From Bacillota bacterium (GTDB taxonomy: Bacteria; Bacillota; Ch66; Ch109), in contig JBMNLH010000001.1 in the NCBI GenBank assembly GCA_050952625.1, positions 480,001 through 544,000 on the forward strand: a stretch of DNA of 64,000 nt. Direction: 5' to 3'. Of this stretch, positions 12,637-23,632 are shown piece by piece. Each line of letters starts with the position of its first letter. Position 1 is the stretch's first letter. Made by a program: the position numbers and the translations under genes. Under the pieces are notes generated by a model that saw only the letters and a program-made list of their open reading frames with translations, ran no database searches and had not been told where the DNA came from.

Positions 12637-15600
12637 CAATGAAACCTGGCATGTATGTTCGTATCCCCATTCGTACTGAAGAAGCGGATGAGCAATTTCC
12701 GCGTACCTTTGCCTTAGCGCAGATTAAAAGCATAGACCACCTAGCTCAAACGGCCAAGGTAGTCATTCATGACTTAAACTGTTGCAAGGACTATTATAGT
12801 GATGCCTTCCAAAGTGATGAGGTGGCTTTACGGGATCTGATAAGGTGTAAACCGCCCAAGGGCAGTATTGTTGCTACACCATCTGGCAAAGGTAGGGTAA
12901 TGTTCATTACCCGAAGAGAAGATAATCCATACAATATTTACCATATTAGCCTGGGTGACCGTGATGTCAGACCATTTGAGGAAAAAGATGTCAAGGCTGA
13001 TTTTACAGCCATTGATGTTGATCCTGCATATATGTTGATGCGTTATGAGTTTCAAAATCCAACCTGGTTCGCCTGTCGTAATGTTGTCAGCAGCATCATG
13101 CATGTTCTCAATAACGCTGTCTATGGTTTCAAGGTATTAGCCGGCTGTCGGGTTTTTCTCTTGCCCCATCAGGTAGTGACCATTGTCCGCTGTCTGGAAA
13201 ACGTTCCGGTTCGTTATATGCTCGCCGATGAAGTTGGGTTAGGCAAGACTATTGAGGCTTGCTCCATAATCAAAATTTTGCAAGAACGCAATCCGGCCTT
13301 GCGGGTACTTTACGTTTTACCCATGCCACTCATTGATCAATGGAAATTCGAGTTGATAAACAAATTTTCTATTCTAGCGGAAACAGTCGATGAAGCAGAT
13401 CTAACATCAAAGCACGTTATCATATCGACCCAACACTTATCCAGGTTGAACAGTCAAACCGTCATAGACATACTGAACTTTGATGTTATCGTCGTTGACG
13501 AAACGCATCAATTACTGAGCGACAATAAGGCATATAATAATATTTTCCAACTAACCAAAAAGACCGAGCATGTTCTGTTACTTAGTGCTACTCCAATACA
13601 AGACAGAAAAGAAGAATACCTGCGCCTTTTAAGACTGCTTGACCCGAAGAAGTATGGGAAGATGCCCCTTGAACGGTTTAATGAGCTTGTGGAAAAACAG
13701 CAAGATATTCAGCGTGAATTGTATTTACTATTGGGGGACATACAATCTTACGCCGACTACGCTGAATCAATCGTTGAGCAACTTATAGCGATCGCCGACA
13801 ATTTGCAGGATCCCCGTTTGAAATCCTTAATAGAATCTATTGATTTAAGTTCTGCGGACGCTGGTCAAGAAATAGCTTTTCAGGCAGCTGCCTATATTAG
13901 TGAGCATTATCGCCTGGAGCGGCAGGTCATCCGTAATCGCCGAGCCTTGCTAGAACAGCAAATGGCTAAACGTGAGCTGGTTGAGTGCCCTTACCAAATG
14001 GTCAGCCTAAACGAATTATATGGGGAGTTTGATGCTGTTAATAATCTAATCCAGTGGTTACAAGACACCAACAATAACACCGACCTTTTTGTGGATAATT
14101 TTACCTATCCATTATTAGCAGCTGCCTTTAGTTCTTCCTGGGCCTTGAAAGCACGGATTGATTCACTAATCTCTAAAGGCTATAAGATTCCGGTAGATGT
14201 TGGGGAAGCTGTTGAGCAATGGGTCCGCTCGGCCAATAGTGAAATAAAGCGGGTAGATGAATTGCTTGATGAAAATCCTGACCAAATTAAAGGCCGGCTG
14301 CTGCATTGCCTGGACTACTTAGAGCAAGAAACAGATCTTACTTCTTCCCGTCCTTATAAGGCACTTATTTTTACCAGTTACCCTGAAACGCTAGAACCTT
14401 TTCTTAAGATTGCCCGTCATAGGCTGGGCGAAAAAACATGTGTTGCTTTTTATTCTGGAATGACTCGAGATGAGTTACAAGAAAGCGTCGAAGCATTCCA
14501 AAGCGATCCGGATTGCCGTCTGCTCATTTGTGACGAACTAGGTGGTGAAGGACGCAACTTTCAAATAGCCGATGCAGTTGTCCATTTGGATACTCCCTGG
14601 ACCGCTAATATGCTTGAACAGCGGATTGGACGTTTAGACAGATTGGGCCGCGATGTTGCAAAGCCGGTTACATCTATTGTTTTTTATACTGAAGGTACAA
14701 TTGAGGAACAGCTCGTGTCCCTATGGAAGGATGGTATGGGAATATATACTCAATCATTGAGTGGCCTTGAAATTATTACCGGTGAAATCTCGAAGCGTAT
14801 TGTAAGTGCAATTAAAGAAGATGTCCGTGATGGTTTATCTCACGCCTTACCAGACATTCAGTCTGAAACAATGCGGATGCGTGAAGCGGTGGAAGAAGAA
14901 CAGTTTTATGATATGACCTCCATGCTATATCGTCCCCTGACTGTTGGAGTAGAACGCATGTTGTCCATGTATCAAGGTAAGGAAGATGAAATTTTCTATA
15001 AGGCCATGAATACTTGGTCATCACAAGCTGGACTTATTTCTAGTTCATACATTGACCGTAACGGAAAACCGGTAACGGAGTTTTCAGCCAGCAGATTCAG
15101 TCCAGCTTCATCAATGAACGCTTTTTTAGTGCCGCCTGATTGGAGTAAATATAAAAATCGTCAGGTATTTAGACAAAATAATAATAGAAGGGAACAAAGC
15201 ATTAAAGGTACTTTTAACCGTTCTTACGCGATTAATCGAGAAGATTTACATTTCTACGCTCCCGGCGATCCAGTCTTTGATAGTATTATTTCGAATGCCA
15301 TGACATGTTATCGGGGACGAGCTTGCGCGTTTGAAATTCAAAATGCGCGATTTGATTTTGATGGCTTGCTGTTTATTTGGAACGTGGAACCTAACATAAA
15401 ACCGATAATTGATAGAAATTATGACCCAATTGTGTTAGCTCAATTCAGGACGTTCTTACCAATGGAGCAGATTGTTACTCTTTACCCGGTTGATGATGAA
15501 TCTACAGTTGTATCCCCAGATGATATAGCAGAACTAATAGCTAAATTTCATATAATCAGAAATGCAAAACATCTGGGGCGACGCAGAAATTCAGCAAGGG

Positions 15601-15917
15601 GCGCAGCAAACATCCAAGAGTTCATGAGCAACTACCCTCGGACTACTTGGGTTCCATTGGTCAAAGAAGCCCGGCGTAAATGCTATCAAGAAGCCAGGCA
15701 AATCGTAACAGAGCTTTTGGATTACAAAACTGCTTTAGAAGAAGCCCGCCGGATTGTTAACGCATACCGTGCATCTAATCGGTACTTTGGCTATGATGTA
15801 CATCGAGATGAGGACATCGTCGCCATGTATCAAGCAGTACTAGATGCTTTAAAAAATTTTCAAGTTAATTTGGATGCAGCAGTATATATGAGGGTGCATA
15901 AAAATGAATGTCATTGA
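12633..15917 (+). CDS. dpdE: SNF2/RapA-like SF2 helicase, DpdE-like
   Basis: LLPHQ...RYMLADEVGLGKTIEA, VVDETH, LLSATP, GGEGRNFQ, LEQRIGRLDR; size and order upstream of dpdF-like gene. Confidence 0.75.
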   Translation: MTMKPGMYVRIPIRTEEADEQFPRTFALAQIKSIDHLAQTAKVVIHDLNCCKDYYSDAFQSDEVALRDLIRCKPPKGSIVATPSGKGRVMFITRREDNPYNIYHISLGDRDVRPFEEKDVKADFTAIDVDPAYMLMRYEFQNPTWFACRNVVSSIMHVLNNAVYGFKVLAGCRVFLLPHQVVTIVRCLENVPVRYMLADEVGLGKTIEACSIIKILQERNPALRVLYVLPMPLIDQWKFELINKFSILAETVDEADLTSKHVIISTQHLSRLNSQTVIDILNFDVIVVDETHQLLSDNKAYNNIFQLTKKTEHVLLLSATPIQDRKEEYLRLLRLLDPKKYGKMPLERFNELVEKQQDIQRELYLLLGDIQSYADYAESIVEQLIAIADNLQDPRLKSLIESIDLSSADAGQEIAFQAAAYISEHYRLERQVIRNRRALLEQQMAKRELVECPYQMVSLNELYGEFDAVNNLIQWLQDTNNNTDLFVDNFTYPLLAAAFSSSWALKARIDSLISKGYKIPVDVGEAVEQWVRSANSEIKRVDELLDENPDQIKGRLLHCLDYLEQETDLTSSRPYKALIFTSYPETLEPFLKIARHRLGEKTCVAFYSGMTRDELQESVEAFQSDPDCRLLICDELGGEGRNFQIADAVVHLDTPWTANMLEQRIGRLDRLGRDVAKPVTSIVFYTEGTIEEQLVSLWKDGMGIYTQSLSGLEIITGEISKRIVSAIKEDVRDGLSHALPDIQSETMRMREAVEEEQFYDMTSMLYRPLTVGVERMLSMYQGKEDEIFYKAMNTWSSQAGLISSSYIDRNGKPVTEFSASRFSPASSMNAFLVPPDWSKYKNRQVFRQNNNRREQSIKGTFNRSYAINREDLHFYAPGDPVFDSIISNAMTCYRGRACAFEIQNARFDFDGLLFIWNVEPNIKPIIDRNYDPIVLAQFRTFLPMEQIVTLYPVDDESTVVSPDDIAELIAKFHIIRNAKHLGRRRNSARGAANIQEFMSNYPRTTWVPLVKEARRKCYQEARQIVTELLDYKTALEEARRIVNAYRASNRYFGYDVHRDEDIVAMYQAVLDALKNFQVNLDAAVYMRVHKNECH

Positions 15918-18402
15918 ATATGTAGGACAAGCCTTAAGGGAACCTAACAGTTTAAACTCAAAAATTAAAGAACTAAAGGAATACGCACTGGCGGCCGAAC
16001 AACAAGATGATAGCTACACACTCCAAAAACTCCGCTGCAGCTCTCGTTTTTTGCTGCGCTATCATCAATATCATTCTCGGGAAATAGAACACAAGGATTT
16101 TTTAGCTGCTCTCCGTGATTTTGTGCTTTTCGTTGGGCGTATCTCTGCCCCCATCGACATTCGTACATTAGTATCATCACAAGGGGAGCCATTTGGCCTC
16201 TTTGTTGAAGGTCATGAATATATAAACGCCGATGTTAGTCGGCCTGGATGGTTTAGTGACGATACCTTTGTCAAGCAGGTATATGGGAAGCTTTCATTTG
16301 ATTTATTTAAGAAGAAGGCAGCTTGTGGGGATAAGCGATTATTTAAAGCGACCGGTTTTAAAAGCTACCGTTCATTCGAACAGAAGATTGCCGTGCAGAC
16401 AGCCTTAAAAATGCCAGATGGCCATACCTTAATGTTGTCCTTGCCTACCGGTGCAGGTAAAAGTTTAATAACTCAAATGCTCGCGGTATATAGCGCTGGA
16501 TTAACAGTTGTTGTTGTACCGACCATTGCTTTAGGTTTGGACCAATATAGAGCTGCCTATTCTGTCTTAAGAAATTCCTTACCTACCGAACAAATAGCTT
16601 GCTATTGCGGGGAAGTTGATGCACATGCGCGGCGTAAGATTTATCATGGTCTTGAAAGCGATTCATTAAAGTTACTTATCACCTCTCCCGAGGCTATTGT
16701 TAAGAACGAAAAGTTAAGAAGTGCTCTTTTATGCACGGCTGAAAGACATATGCTGGCCAACTTGGTTGTTGATGAAGCACACATTGTCCAAGATTGGGGG
16801 GCACTCTTTCGTCCGGACTTTCAGATGTTGTCAACAATTAGGCGAGAATTTTGTTCGCTGAGTCAAGGAAAACTGAAAACCGTTTTGCTTTCTGCGACCC
16901 TTACCGAAGATGCGGTGGCTAACTTGAAGACTTTGTTTTCCGATGATGAAAAATGGATAGAGTTGCGTTGTGATGCCTTAAGGACAGAACCTCGGTTTTC
17001 TATTGAGAAAGCTAATAATCAGCAAACGTTACAAAACAAGGTGTTGCGCTATTGTCACGTTTTGCCTAAACCAATGATCCTCTATGAAATCAAGCCGGAA
17101 AAAGCGGAGAAGTGGAAACAGATGCTAATAAACGAAGGATTTAAAAACGTTGTTACATTCACCGGCAATACGAGCGATAGTAAACGTACGGAAATTATAC
17201 AATCGTGGAATGAAGATAAGTTGGATATAGTGATTGCAACATCGGCCTTCGGAATGGGTGTTGATAAGCCTGATGTGCGGACAATTATGCATACCACCTT
17301 GCCTGAAAACATTAACCGTTTCTATCAGGAAGTTGGTCGTGGCGGACGCGATGGTCTACCTTCACTAAGTGTCTTATGTTATTGCCCGCATGATGATGTG
17401 AGTATACAACGTTATATTGCCAATTCTCGGGTTATGACAGTAGATAAAATGATTGATCGTTGGTTCTCAATGCTTAATCAAGATAATGTTGATCGGGATG
17501 CGGATACGGTTTTATTGGATACTTCTACGTCCCCGTCTAGTTTTACCGAATTGGAAAGAGAAAACAGCGGCAGTCAGAATATGCGTTGGAATATAAACCT
17601 GCTGTTATTTTTAATGCGCTATGACCTGTTATTGTTTAAAGAGATGGTCTATATCCCACAACAAAACTGTTACTTTATCCGAGTAACAATGAAGGATATT
17701 CAGCTCATGCAAGATGAGGCAAGATTGAAAGAAGCTTTGGAACCATTACGTGAACAAGAAGTTCAAAATGTAACCAACGGGTATGAAGCCATAAAAAAGA
17801 TGGCTGCAAAGGCAAGAGAAATGTGTTGGGCGAACCATTTTACCCAGCTGTTTCCAAATGCACCGCTGGCGTGTGGTGGTTGTCCTTCCCATAGTGACGC
17901 ATATTGTGGTGACAATGCTCTATCTCTTCACAACCGCGTGCCCTGGTATGCCCATTCGTCAATTAAGTCAGAGGCGTTACACAAATTGATGAATGGCCTG
18001 CGCAGTTTACTTGTCGTCCGGCAGGAAAACGAGCCGTGGTCAGCTTCAAAGGCATTGCAGTTAGGTGTCAAAGTCAATGAACTAGGAATAGATGTACTCG
18101 TTATGCCTGATACTGGCGAGGTTGATACTACTGCCTTTAAGGGTATCGTTCTTGATTTAAAAGAATTTGAATTATTGGTCAAACACCATCCTTCTATGCT
18201 TGCTAGCGGTATATTTTGTGCCTTTGACGACAACCACCGGGCTAACCAGGTCCAATATAAGTGGGCTAACGCTTTGGAGAAATACGGAATACCGGTGATC
18301 TATTACTGCCGGGAAAATATGGTAATTACCCAGGCCAACAGGCCGATTCGTCACCTGTTTAGCGGAAATACGGTATCAGTTACTGAAATCTGGGAGGTGT
18401 AA
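15904..18402 (+). CDS. dpdF: RecQ-like DEAH helicase, DpdF-like
   Basis: LPTGAGKS, VPTIALGLDQ, VDEAHIVQDWGALFRPDFQ, LRTEP, ATSAFGMGVDKPDVR, FYQEVGRGGRDG, ACGGCP. Confidence 0.75.
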   Translation: MNVIEYVGQALREPNSLNSKIKELKEYALAAEQQDDSYTLQKLRCSSRFLLRYHQYHSREIEHKDFLAALRDFVLFVGRISAPIDIRTLVSSQGEPFGLFVEGHEYINADVSRPGWFSDDTFVKQVYGKLSFDLFKKKAACGDKRLFKATGFKSYRSFEQKIAVQTALKMPDGHTLMLSLPTGAGKSLITQMLAVYSAGLTVVVVPTIALGLDQYRAAYSVLRNSLPTEQIACYCGEVDAHARRKIYHGLESDSLKLLITSPEAIVKNEKLRSALLCTAERHMLANLVVDEAHIVQDWGALFRPDFQMLSTIRREFCSLSQGKLKTVLLSATLTEDAVANLKTLFSDDEKWIELRCDALRTEPRFSIEKANNQQTLQNKVLRYCHVLPKPMILYEIKPEKAEKWKQMLINEGFKNVVTFTGNTSDSKRTEIIQSWNEDKLDIVIATSAFGMGVDKPDVRTIMHTTLPENINRFYQEVGRGGRDGLPSLSVLCYCPHDDVSIQRYIANSRVMTVDKMIDRWFSMLNQDNVDRDADTVLLDTSTSPSSFTELERENSGSQNMRWNINLLLFLMRYDLLLFKEMVYIPQQNCYFIRVTMKDIQLMQDEARLKEALEPLREQEVQNVTNGYEAIKKMAAKAREMCWANHFTQLFPNAPLACGGCPSHSDAYCGDNALSLHNRVPWYAHSSIKSEALHKLMNGLRSLLVVRQENEPWSASKALQLGVKVNELGIDVLVMPDTGEVDTTAFKGIVLDLKEFELLVKHHPSMLASGIFCAFDDNHRANQVQYKWANALEKYGIPVIYYCRENMVITQANRPIRHLFSGNTVSVTEIWEV

Positions 18403-18403
18403 T

Positions 18404-19192
18404 ATGTTCAAGTCTGGTCAAGACACCATGCGTGAATTTCCTACTCCGGAGCGTGTCTTTGCCTTGTGCCGTTATTTAAAAGTTAAAAAAAATCCCATTA
18501 ATCGTGAAGATTTATATAAAGAATTATGTCTAAGTATGGTTTTTGGTGATGGAAGCAAAGACATTTTTGGTTATACCTTAGCTGTAGCGCAAGAGCTTGA
18601 ATTGATTGAAAATATAGAAGGCCAGTATTCGGTTACGAGTGCAGCTGAGGTGTTGGAGAAGGTCGATTCTTTTAGAAAATATGCTGCCAGGACAGCCCTT
18701 TCTCGCCCAGAGACGATATATTTCAGAACTACTTCTCTATATATTAAGTTAGCTGAAAGCGTTTTAAAATGTCCAAATTGGGGAGCAGTGGTGGCCTTGT
18801 TCAATAATAACGGAATGAACCTTAGCGATAATGATATTTATGGTTGGCGATTTTGGACATCCTTTTTTGGTATTGGTTATCTGCATCAACAAATGCTTAT
18901 TCCTAATTGCTATTTAAGATTCAAAGACGTATTAGACGAACAAGATAGTTTTAAGGTAGGCGAATCTATTCCTATAAACCGATTTATGTTATGGCTTGAA
19001 GACCAATGTCCTGAAATAAAAGAAAGCCGCGATGGTACCAGACTTGGTCTGGCAGTATCAAATGGTTTGCGTACCCTTAATGCGCAGCAGGTCATTGAAC
19101 TTATTTCTCAACCCGATGCTCTCAAATGGCAAATGTATGTCTTGGAATCAGAAACAATTAATGATTTATCCCATGTCCGGATCGCGGGGTGA
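18404..19192 (+). CDS. Hypothetical protein, positional DpdG equivalent
   Basis: 262 aa between dpdF-like and dpdH-like genes; GGAGG RBS; assignment mainly by synteny and size. Confidence 0.5.
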   Translation: MFKSGQDTMREFPTPERVFALCRYLKVKKNPINREDLYKELCLSMVFGDGSKDIFGYTLAVAQELELIENIEGQYSVTSAAEVLEKVDSFRKYAARTALSRPETIYFRTTSLYIKLAESVLKCPNWGAVVALFNNNGMNLSDNDIYGWRFWTSFFGIGYLHQQMLIPNCYLRFKDVLDEQDSFKVGESIPINRFMLWLEDQCPEIKESRDGTRLGLAVSNGLRTLNAQQVIELISQPDALKWQMYVLESETINDLSHVRIAG

Positions 19193-19198
19193 TAATTA

Positions 19199-22100
19199 AT
19201 GATGAAATGGAATAATGTTCTAGACAGATTAAATGAGATTATCCAAGTTGATGTTATGGCTGACGAAGAATGGGACTTTATGGCCACACACATGCCCTTT
19301 AATCGGCTGGCCGTCCAATTCTCCGGGCTTACCAAGGCAACTGCGGATGAGATGAGCGAAGAAGAAATATACCAGCAACTGGTTTATAACCCCAACGATG
19401 AACACCGGATGATTATTGTCCGCGGCCCCAACGGGGCCGGTAAATCACACTTAATTCGTTGGATTCGTTCCCGGTTGAACAGCGATAAGCACAATGAAAC
19501 CATTAAAGCTGAAAAAATTGTATTTATAAGACGAATTGATAATACTTTGCGGGGTGCTATGCGGCAACTGATTGAGCAGGATGTCGTTAGCGATCCAGTC
19601 CAGAAAGAGCGCATGTTGACCTTTATTCAAAGTAGCGATGCTCAAAGTGAAGGGGAACTCAAGTCCTCTATTTACTTCCAATTTGTTACGAAAATTGAAA
19701 ATGAAGAAGAAGAAAGCAGTTATAAAGCTGCGGAACGAAAAAGGTTAGTTACCTTCTTGCTTGATGATACGATCAGAAACTATCTTATGCGTGAAGAAGG
19801 CCCCATTACCCGCTTTTATGAACTTATTGCCCGTCCCCATGGGAGTGCTCAAGGCATTGAGGCCACTTTTAAACCGGAAGATTTTACTTCCATGCGTTCT
19901 ATCATGGCGGATGTGCAGCGTAATGGTAATAATGAAACCAGACGTGTGTTTGCCGAAGTCAAGGAGTTAAAGGGTGCCGAAAAGCTATCTACTTATCTTA
20001 ACCGTTTTGCCCATGCCGTAATCCAAACCTGCGCTAATATTGCTCAGGGTGATGCAGAAGAAATGTTCCGACAATTAAGACTTGACCTCAAACGGGAAGG
20101 GAAAGCCCTTACCGTACTGATAGAGGATATGACAACTTTTACTGGCATAGATTCGGAATTGATAAAGATATTATCCGTCCAGCATGGCGGTGAGTATAAA
20201 GATTTATGCCGGGTTACTTCCGTCATCGGTATCACTGATGCTTATTACGAAGCCCACTTTATGGGAAATTTCCAAAATCGTGTTACTCATCAGATAAGTG
20301 TTGATAGCAACGCTTTTGGCAGTGAAGAAACATTAGCGCAGATGGCAGCCCGGTACATTAACGCTGCCTACATGACCCGACAGGAAGTTATTGACTGGTA
20401 CAAACAAGGGGCGGAAGCAGCACAGTTGCCTTATCGTACCTGGGAGCCGGACTTTGGTTGGGAAACGGTAGATGTGGCTGGTCAGGCATTTTCACTATTT
20501 CCATTTACTAAGAGAGCATTATCTGACCTATTTAGCCGGTTGCCCGAAAAGACCCCTCGCTTCTTTATCCGTGACATCATCCGTACGCAAATGAGTGCCT
20601 GGGTAGGTTTTCAACTTAAGCAGCGAGATTTCCCCAATATAGCAACAAGTGCTGTTGGGGAAAGACCCATCCAATTTGCAGAAATGCAGCACGCGGCTCG
20701 TTTTGATACGTTGCCTTTTTCCAACGAAGAAAAGGCTCGTTTAAGAGCATTGCTTTGTATTTGGGGCGATGGCCGGTTTCATGAAACTGGTGACGGTGAG
20801 AATAAAGTGATCGGTGGTTTACCGATTAAATATCTGCAACTTTTAGGATTTAATGAATTATCCGGTATCCGTTCAGAAGCAACAGCACAACCGATTATTC
20901 AAAACCCTATAAAGCCCGTGCCGAAAACTCCACCGGTTCCCGTTGAAGTATCAGGCCGAAACAAAAAGTATCAGAACGACCTGGATGATATTGAGAATTG
21001 GTATCAAAACAAGGCTGTTTTGTCTAATTCTGAAGATGCCCGTAGGCGTATTTATGAATTTATAATTGAAGCGATCAATTGGCAGATGGAAGGCGTTCCT
21101 GCCTACCTAGTTAATAACAGATTGAATACGCGAAGCATATATATTGAAGGTCAACGACAGCGTAGTCCAGACAGAGAGCAAGCCATGGTAGTTATAGACC
21201 GTAATAATGAAGCATACTGGCTATTGCTTGCCCTTACCCATTGGGGACATAACACCCGCAGTTGGGACTTTAAAGATTCTGCCTTTATGCAGTTCAAGCT
21301 TATTTCATGGCTCGAAAAACACAAGATGGAGATTATTACTCGAATCAAGGGTGAACCAGAGACACCACCCTCTTCTATTCTTCAATGGTCTATGGCCTTA
21401 GAGTATTTGCGGCTTGGAATGAGTGGCAGTCTATCATATACCGAAAATAGCGAAACCTTGATGAAAAAGTTGTTTGCTGGTTCTGTATCATTAGTTCATC
21501 CGCGTAGCGATGATAATGGGGCCTGGAATCGGCTGCTGAAAAATATTAATCAAAATTCTGAGGAGTTGAGTAAAAATAAAAAGCTCCTCGTGGCCTTACC
21601 GAATACTCACATGGGGAGTGTGGCGAGGCAAGGAGAGATCAAGAAACATCTCTATCATCGAGATGCAATTGATGATGCCTTCAATGTCCTGAAACAACTT
21701 GACTGGGATGCTACTTCTCTACTGCCCAATATAGATATTGATAAAGGAGAGTTGCATACCAATGCGGCTAAACTGTTACAATCTTTATTACCTGGCGTAA
21801 AAGAAGTGTTAATTGACGAAAAGCGTAAGGCTACAGAATTATTAGAGCAATTGAAGAATGAGCTTGGTGATGACCTTGGTCGAGATACTTGGATCAATGC
21901 GTCAAGGGATATAATAGCCTTCCTTACCTTATATAACACCAAGTATGGCGGTTCGTATCCAGGTCCTCTGCGCGAAAGAGCGGCCAAAATTGAAGAGAAT
22001 GCTACTCTGCTTGCCCGATTATGTAGAAGAGCAGCAGAGGTGGTAGGCGGCAATAAATTCTCTTTGGAGCTTGCCTTCTTCTCGACAGACCCCTGTCAAA

Positions 22101-22294
22101 CAATGAAAGATGCGCTAAACACCATCCGAGAAGTCGAAAAGCTAGCTAATGATGCTGCGGTCAAAGCTGAGAGTGATCTAGCTAAACTACGCCAGACAGC
22201 AGCCGTAGATAACACGAAATTTGATACTCTTAAAGACGGTTTGATAAGGCTCATTGAGCGTATGGGGCAGTTTGGAGGTGAGAATAATGCTTAA
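19199..22294 (+). CDS. dpdH: Large P-loop ATPase, DpdH-like
   Basis: MATHMP, GPNGAGKSHLIRW Walker A, LTVLIEDM Walker B, CRVTSVIGITD; ~1030 aa, as I recall for DpdH. Confidence 0.7.
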   Translation: MMKWNNVLDRLNEIIQVDVMADEEWDFMATHMPFNRLAVQFSGLTKATADEMSEEEIYQQLVYNPNDEHRMIIVRGPNGAGKSHLIRWIRSRLNSDKHNETIKAEKIVFIRRIDNTLRGAMRQLIEQDVVSDPVQKERMLTFIQSSDAQSEGELKSSIYFQFVTKIENEEEESSYKAAERKRLVTFLLDDTIRNYLMREEGPITRFYELIARPHGSAQGIEATFKPEDFTSMRSIMADVQRNGNNETRRVFAEVKELKGAEKLSTYLNRFAHAVIQTCANIAQGDAEEMFRQLRLDLKREGKALTVLIEDMTTFTGIDSELIKILSVQHGGEYKDLCRVTSVIGITDAYYEAHFMGNFQNRVTHQISVDSNAFGSEETLAQMAARYINAAYMTRQEVIDWYKQGAEAAQLPYRTWEPDFGWETVDVAGQAFSLFPFTKRALSDLFSRLPEKTPRFFIRDIIRTQMSAWVGFQLKQRDFPNIATSAVGERPIQFAEMQHAARFDTLPFSNEEKARLRALLCIWGDGRFHETGDGENKVIGGLPIKYLQLLGFNELSGIRSEATAQPIIQNPIKPVPKTPPVPVEVSGRNKKYQNDLDDIENWYQNKAVLSNSEDARRRIYEFIIEAINWQMEGVPAYLVNNRLNTRSIYIEGQRQRSPDREQAMVVIDRNNEAYWLLLALTHWGHNTRSWDFKDSAFMQFKLISWLEKHKMEIITRIKGEPETPPSSILQWSMALEYLRLGMSGSLSYTENSETLMKKLFAGSVSLVHPRSDDNGAWNRLLKNINQNSEELSKNKKLLVALPNTHMGSVARQGEIKKHLYHRDAIDDAFNVLKQLDWDATSLLPNIDIDKGELHTNAAKLLQSLLPGVKEVLIDEKRKATELLEQLKNELGDDLGRDTWINASRDIIAFLTLYNTKYGGSYPGPLRERAAKIEENATLLARLCRRAAEVVGGNKFSLELAFFSTDPCQTMKDALNTIREVEKLANDAAVKAESDLAKLRQTAAVDNTKFDTLKDGLIRLIERMGQFGGENNA

Positions 22295-22952
22295 GGATAT
22301 CCTGGAGAATGCGCAAACAAGACTGGAAACAACACATACTGCGCAGACCCGGGTAAGGGATAATGATCTTTTTGTTAAAAATCTGGATAAAGTGTTGGTC
22401 GCGGCCAACAGCCTGGAATTATACTTAAACACGGCTGCTGCCGCGGAAGCGAATCGGTTAATGAATGTTTCACTTGATGCCATTATCCGAAACGACATTA
22501 TAACTACACTGCAGATGGTGCTTTCCCAAATATATGAAGGTTACTTGGAAACAGCATCCGTTTCAAGTGTTAGCAAAAATGTCGCTAATTTCAAGAAACA
22601 CCTGGATTCGTTATGGGTAAGCTCTCAAAAAAGCGCAACAGAGCAGGTTGTATCGTTGCTTAAGACGTTTAAGCAATTTATGCCTAACGAATATGAGGCC
22701 AATAATATTATCAACAATTTAGAAAAAGCTTTAACTGGCCTTCCAGCTAGTGTTAATAATGTAAATGCTTTTTCGGCCAACCTTCAAAAGGCCCGTCAAA
22801 TGGTAGAACAAATTGGAGCTGATGAGGAAACTCAAGCTTTCATCCAGAAGGTACTTGATAAACAGGCTACGCTTGCTGATATAACACCTAACGTTTTGGC
22901 ATGGATTTACAAACATGATATTACTAGGAGATTAAAAATAAGCCTTGTTTGA
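22287..22952 (+). CDS. Helical hypothetical protein, positional DpdI equivalent
   Basis: GGAGGTG RBS, ATG 22287 overlaps dpdH-like end; 221 aa; synteny only. Confidence 0.5.
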   Translation: MLKDILENAQTRLETTHTAQTRVRDNDLFVKNLDKVLVAANSLELYLNTAAAAEANRLMNVSLDAIIRNDIITTLQMVLSQIYEGYLETASVSSVSKNVANFKKHLDSLWVSSQKSATEQVVSLLKTFKQFMPNEYEANNIINNLEKALTGLPASVNNVNAFSANLQKARQMVEQIGADEETQAFIQKVLDKQATLADITPNVLAWIYKHDITRRLKISLV

Positions 22953-23632
22953 TTTTTAGGGAAATTTTGGGTAGATCGATAAGTGTTAAGAAATCCATGG
23001 TATAGTAGAGGAGAATAAATTTCTAGGAGTAAAGAAAATCGTGTCAATTGGCAAAAATTCTAGGCACCTTGCCATACTCGAACTGGAAAATGGATCAAGA
23101 CAAAGAATTACATATAAATCCTTGCGTGAGTTTTGGGAATATGCCCGCTTTGAAGAGAAAGAGCCTTCCTGAACATAACGCCATTTATTCAAATATAAAG
23201 ATTATGGTATTGACCAAATGGCATGTGAAACTAACGCTGACGAAGAAATAGTTAATAGATGTGGCTTGCTAGGTCTGTTCCATTTCTGAAGGAAGAAATG
23301 TAATATACGCACATGATGCTTGTCATTATGCTGAAATTATTTTCGATGAAATAAGGCTTATACGAATGGGGAAAAGGGCGAGTATTGGTGAATCGCTTTT
23401 AGGTGACCCTGTGAGTCATGGGAGGGTCGCCACCAGAGAGCGAGTGGATTCCAACGGCCAAAATAAGCCTAAAACATAAAGATGCTTATTCAGGTTATCC
23501 TTGCCCATCCAATATATTCATAAATGATGATAATACCCATGCAACTGGTTTTGATCAAAGTGAAATCTAAGAAAAACCAAGAAACATGAGAAAACCTGAG
23601 AAAACCTTAGATTAAAGAGGGAGGGAATAAAG

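Noticed and set aside
12633-22952. DndFGH, BREX or DISARM assignment for the plus-strand operon
   Set aside because: No PglZ, methylase, DUF1998 or PLD motifs seen; order and motifs fit DpdE-I better. HMM confirmation is still needed.
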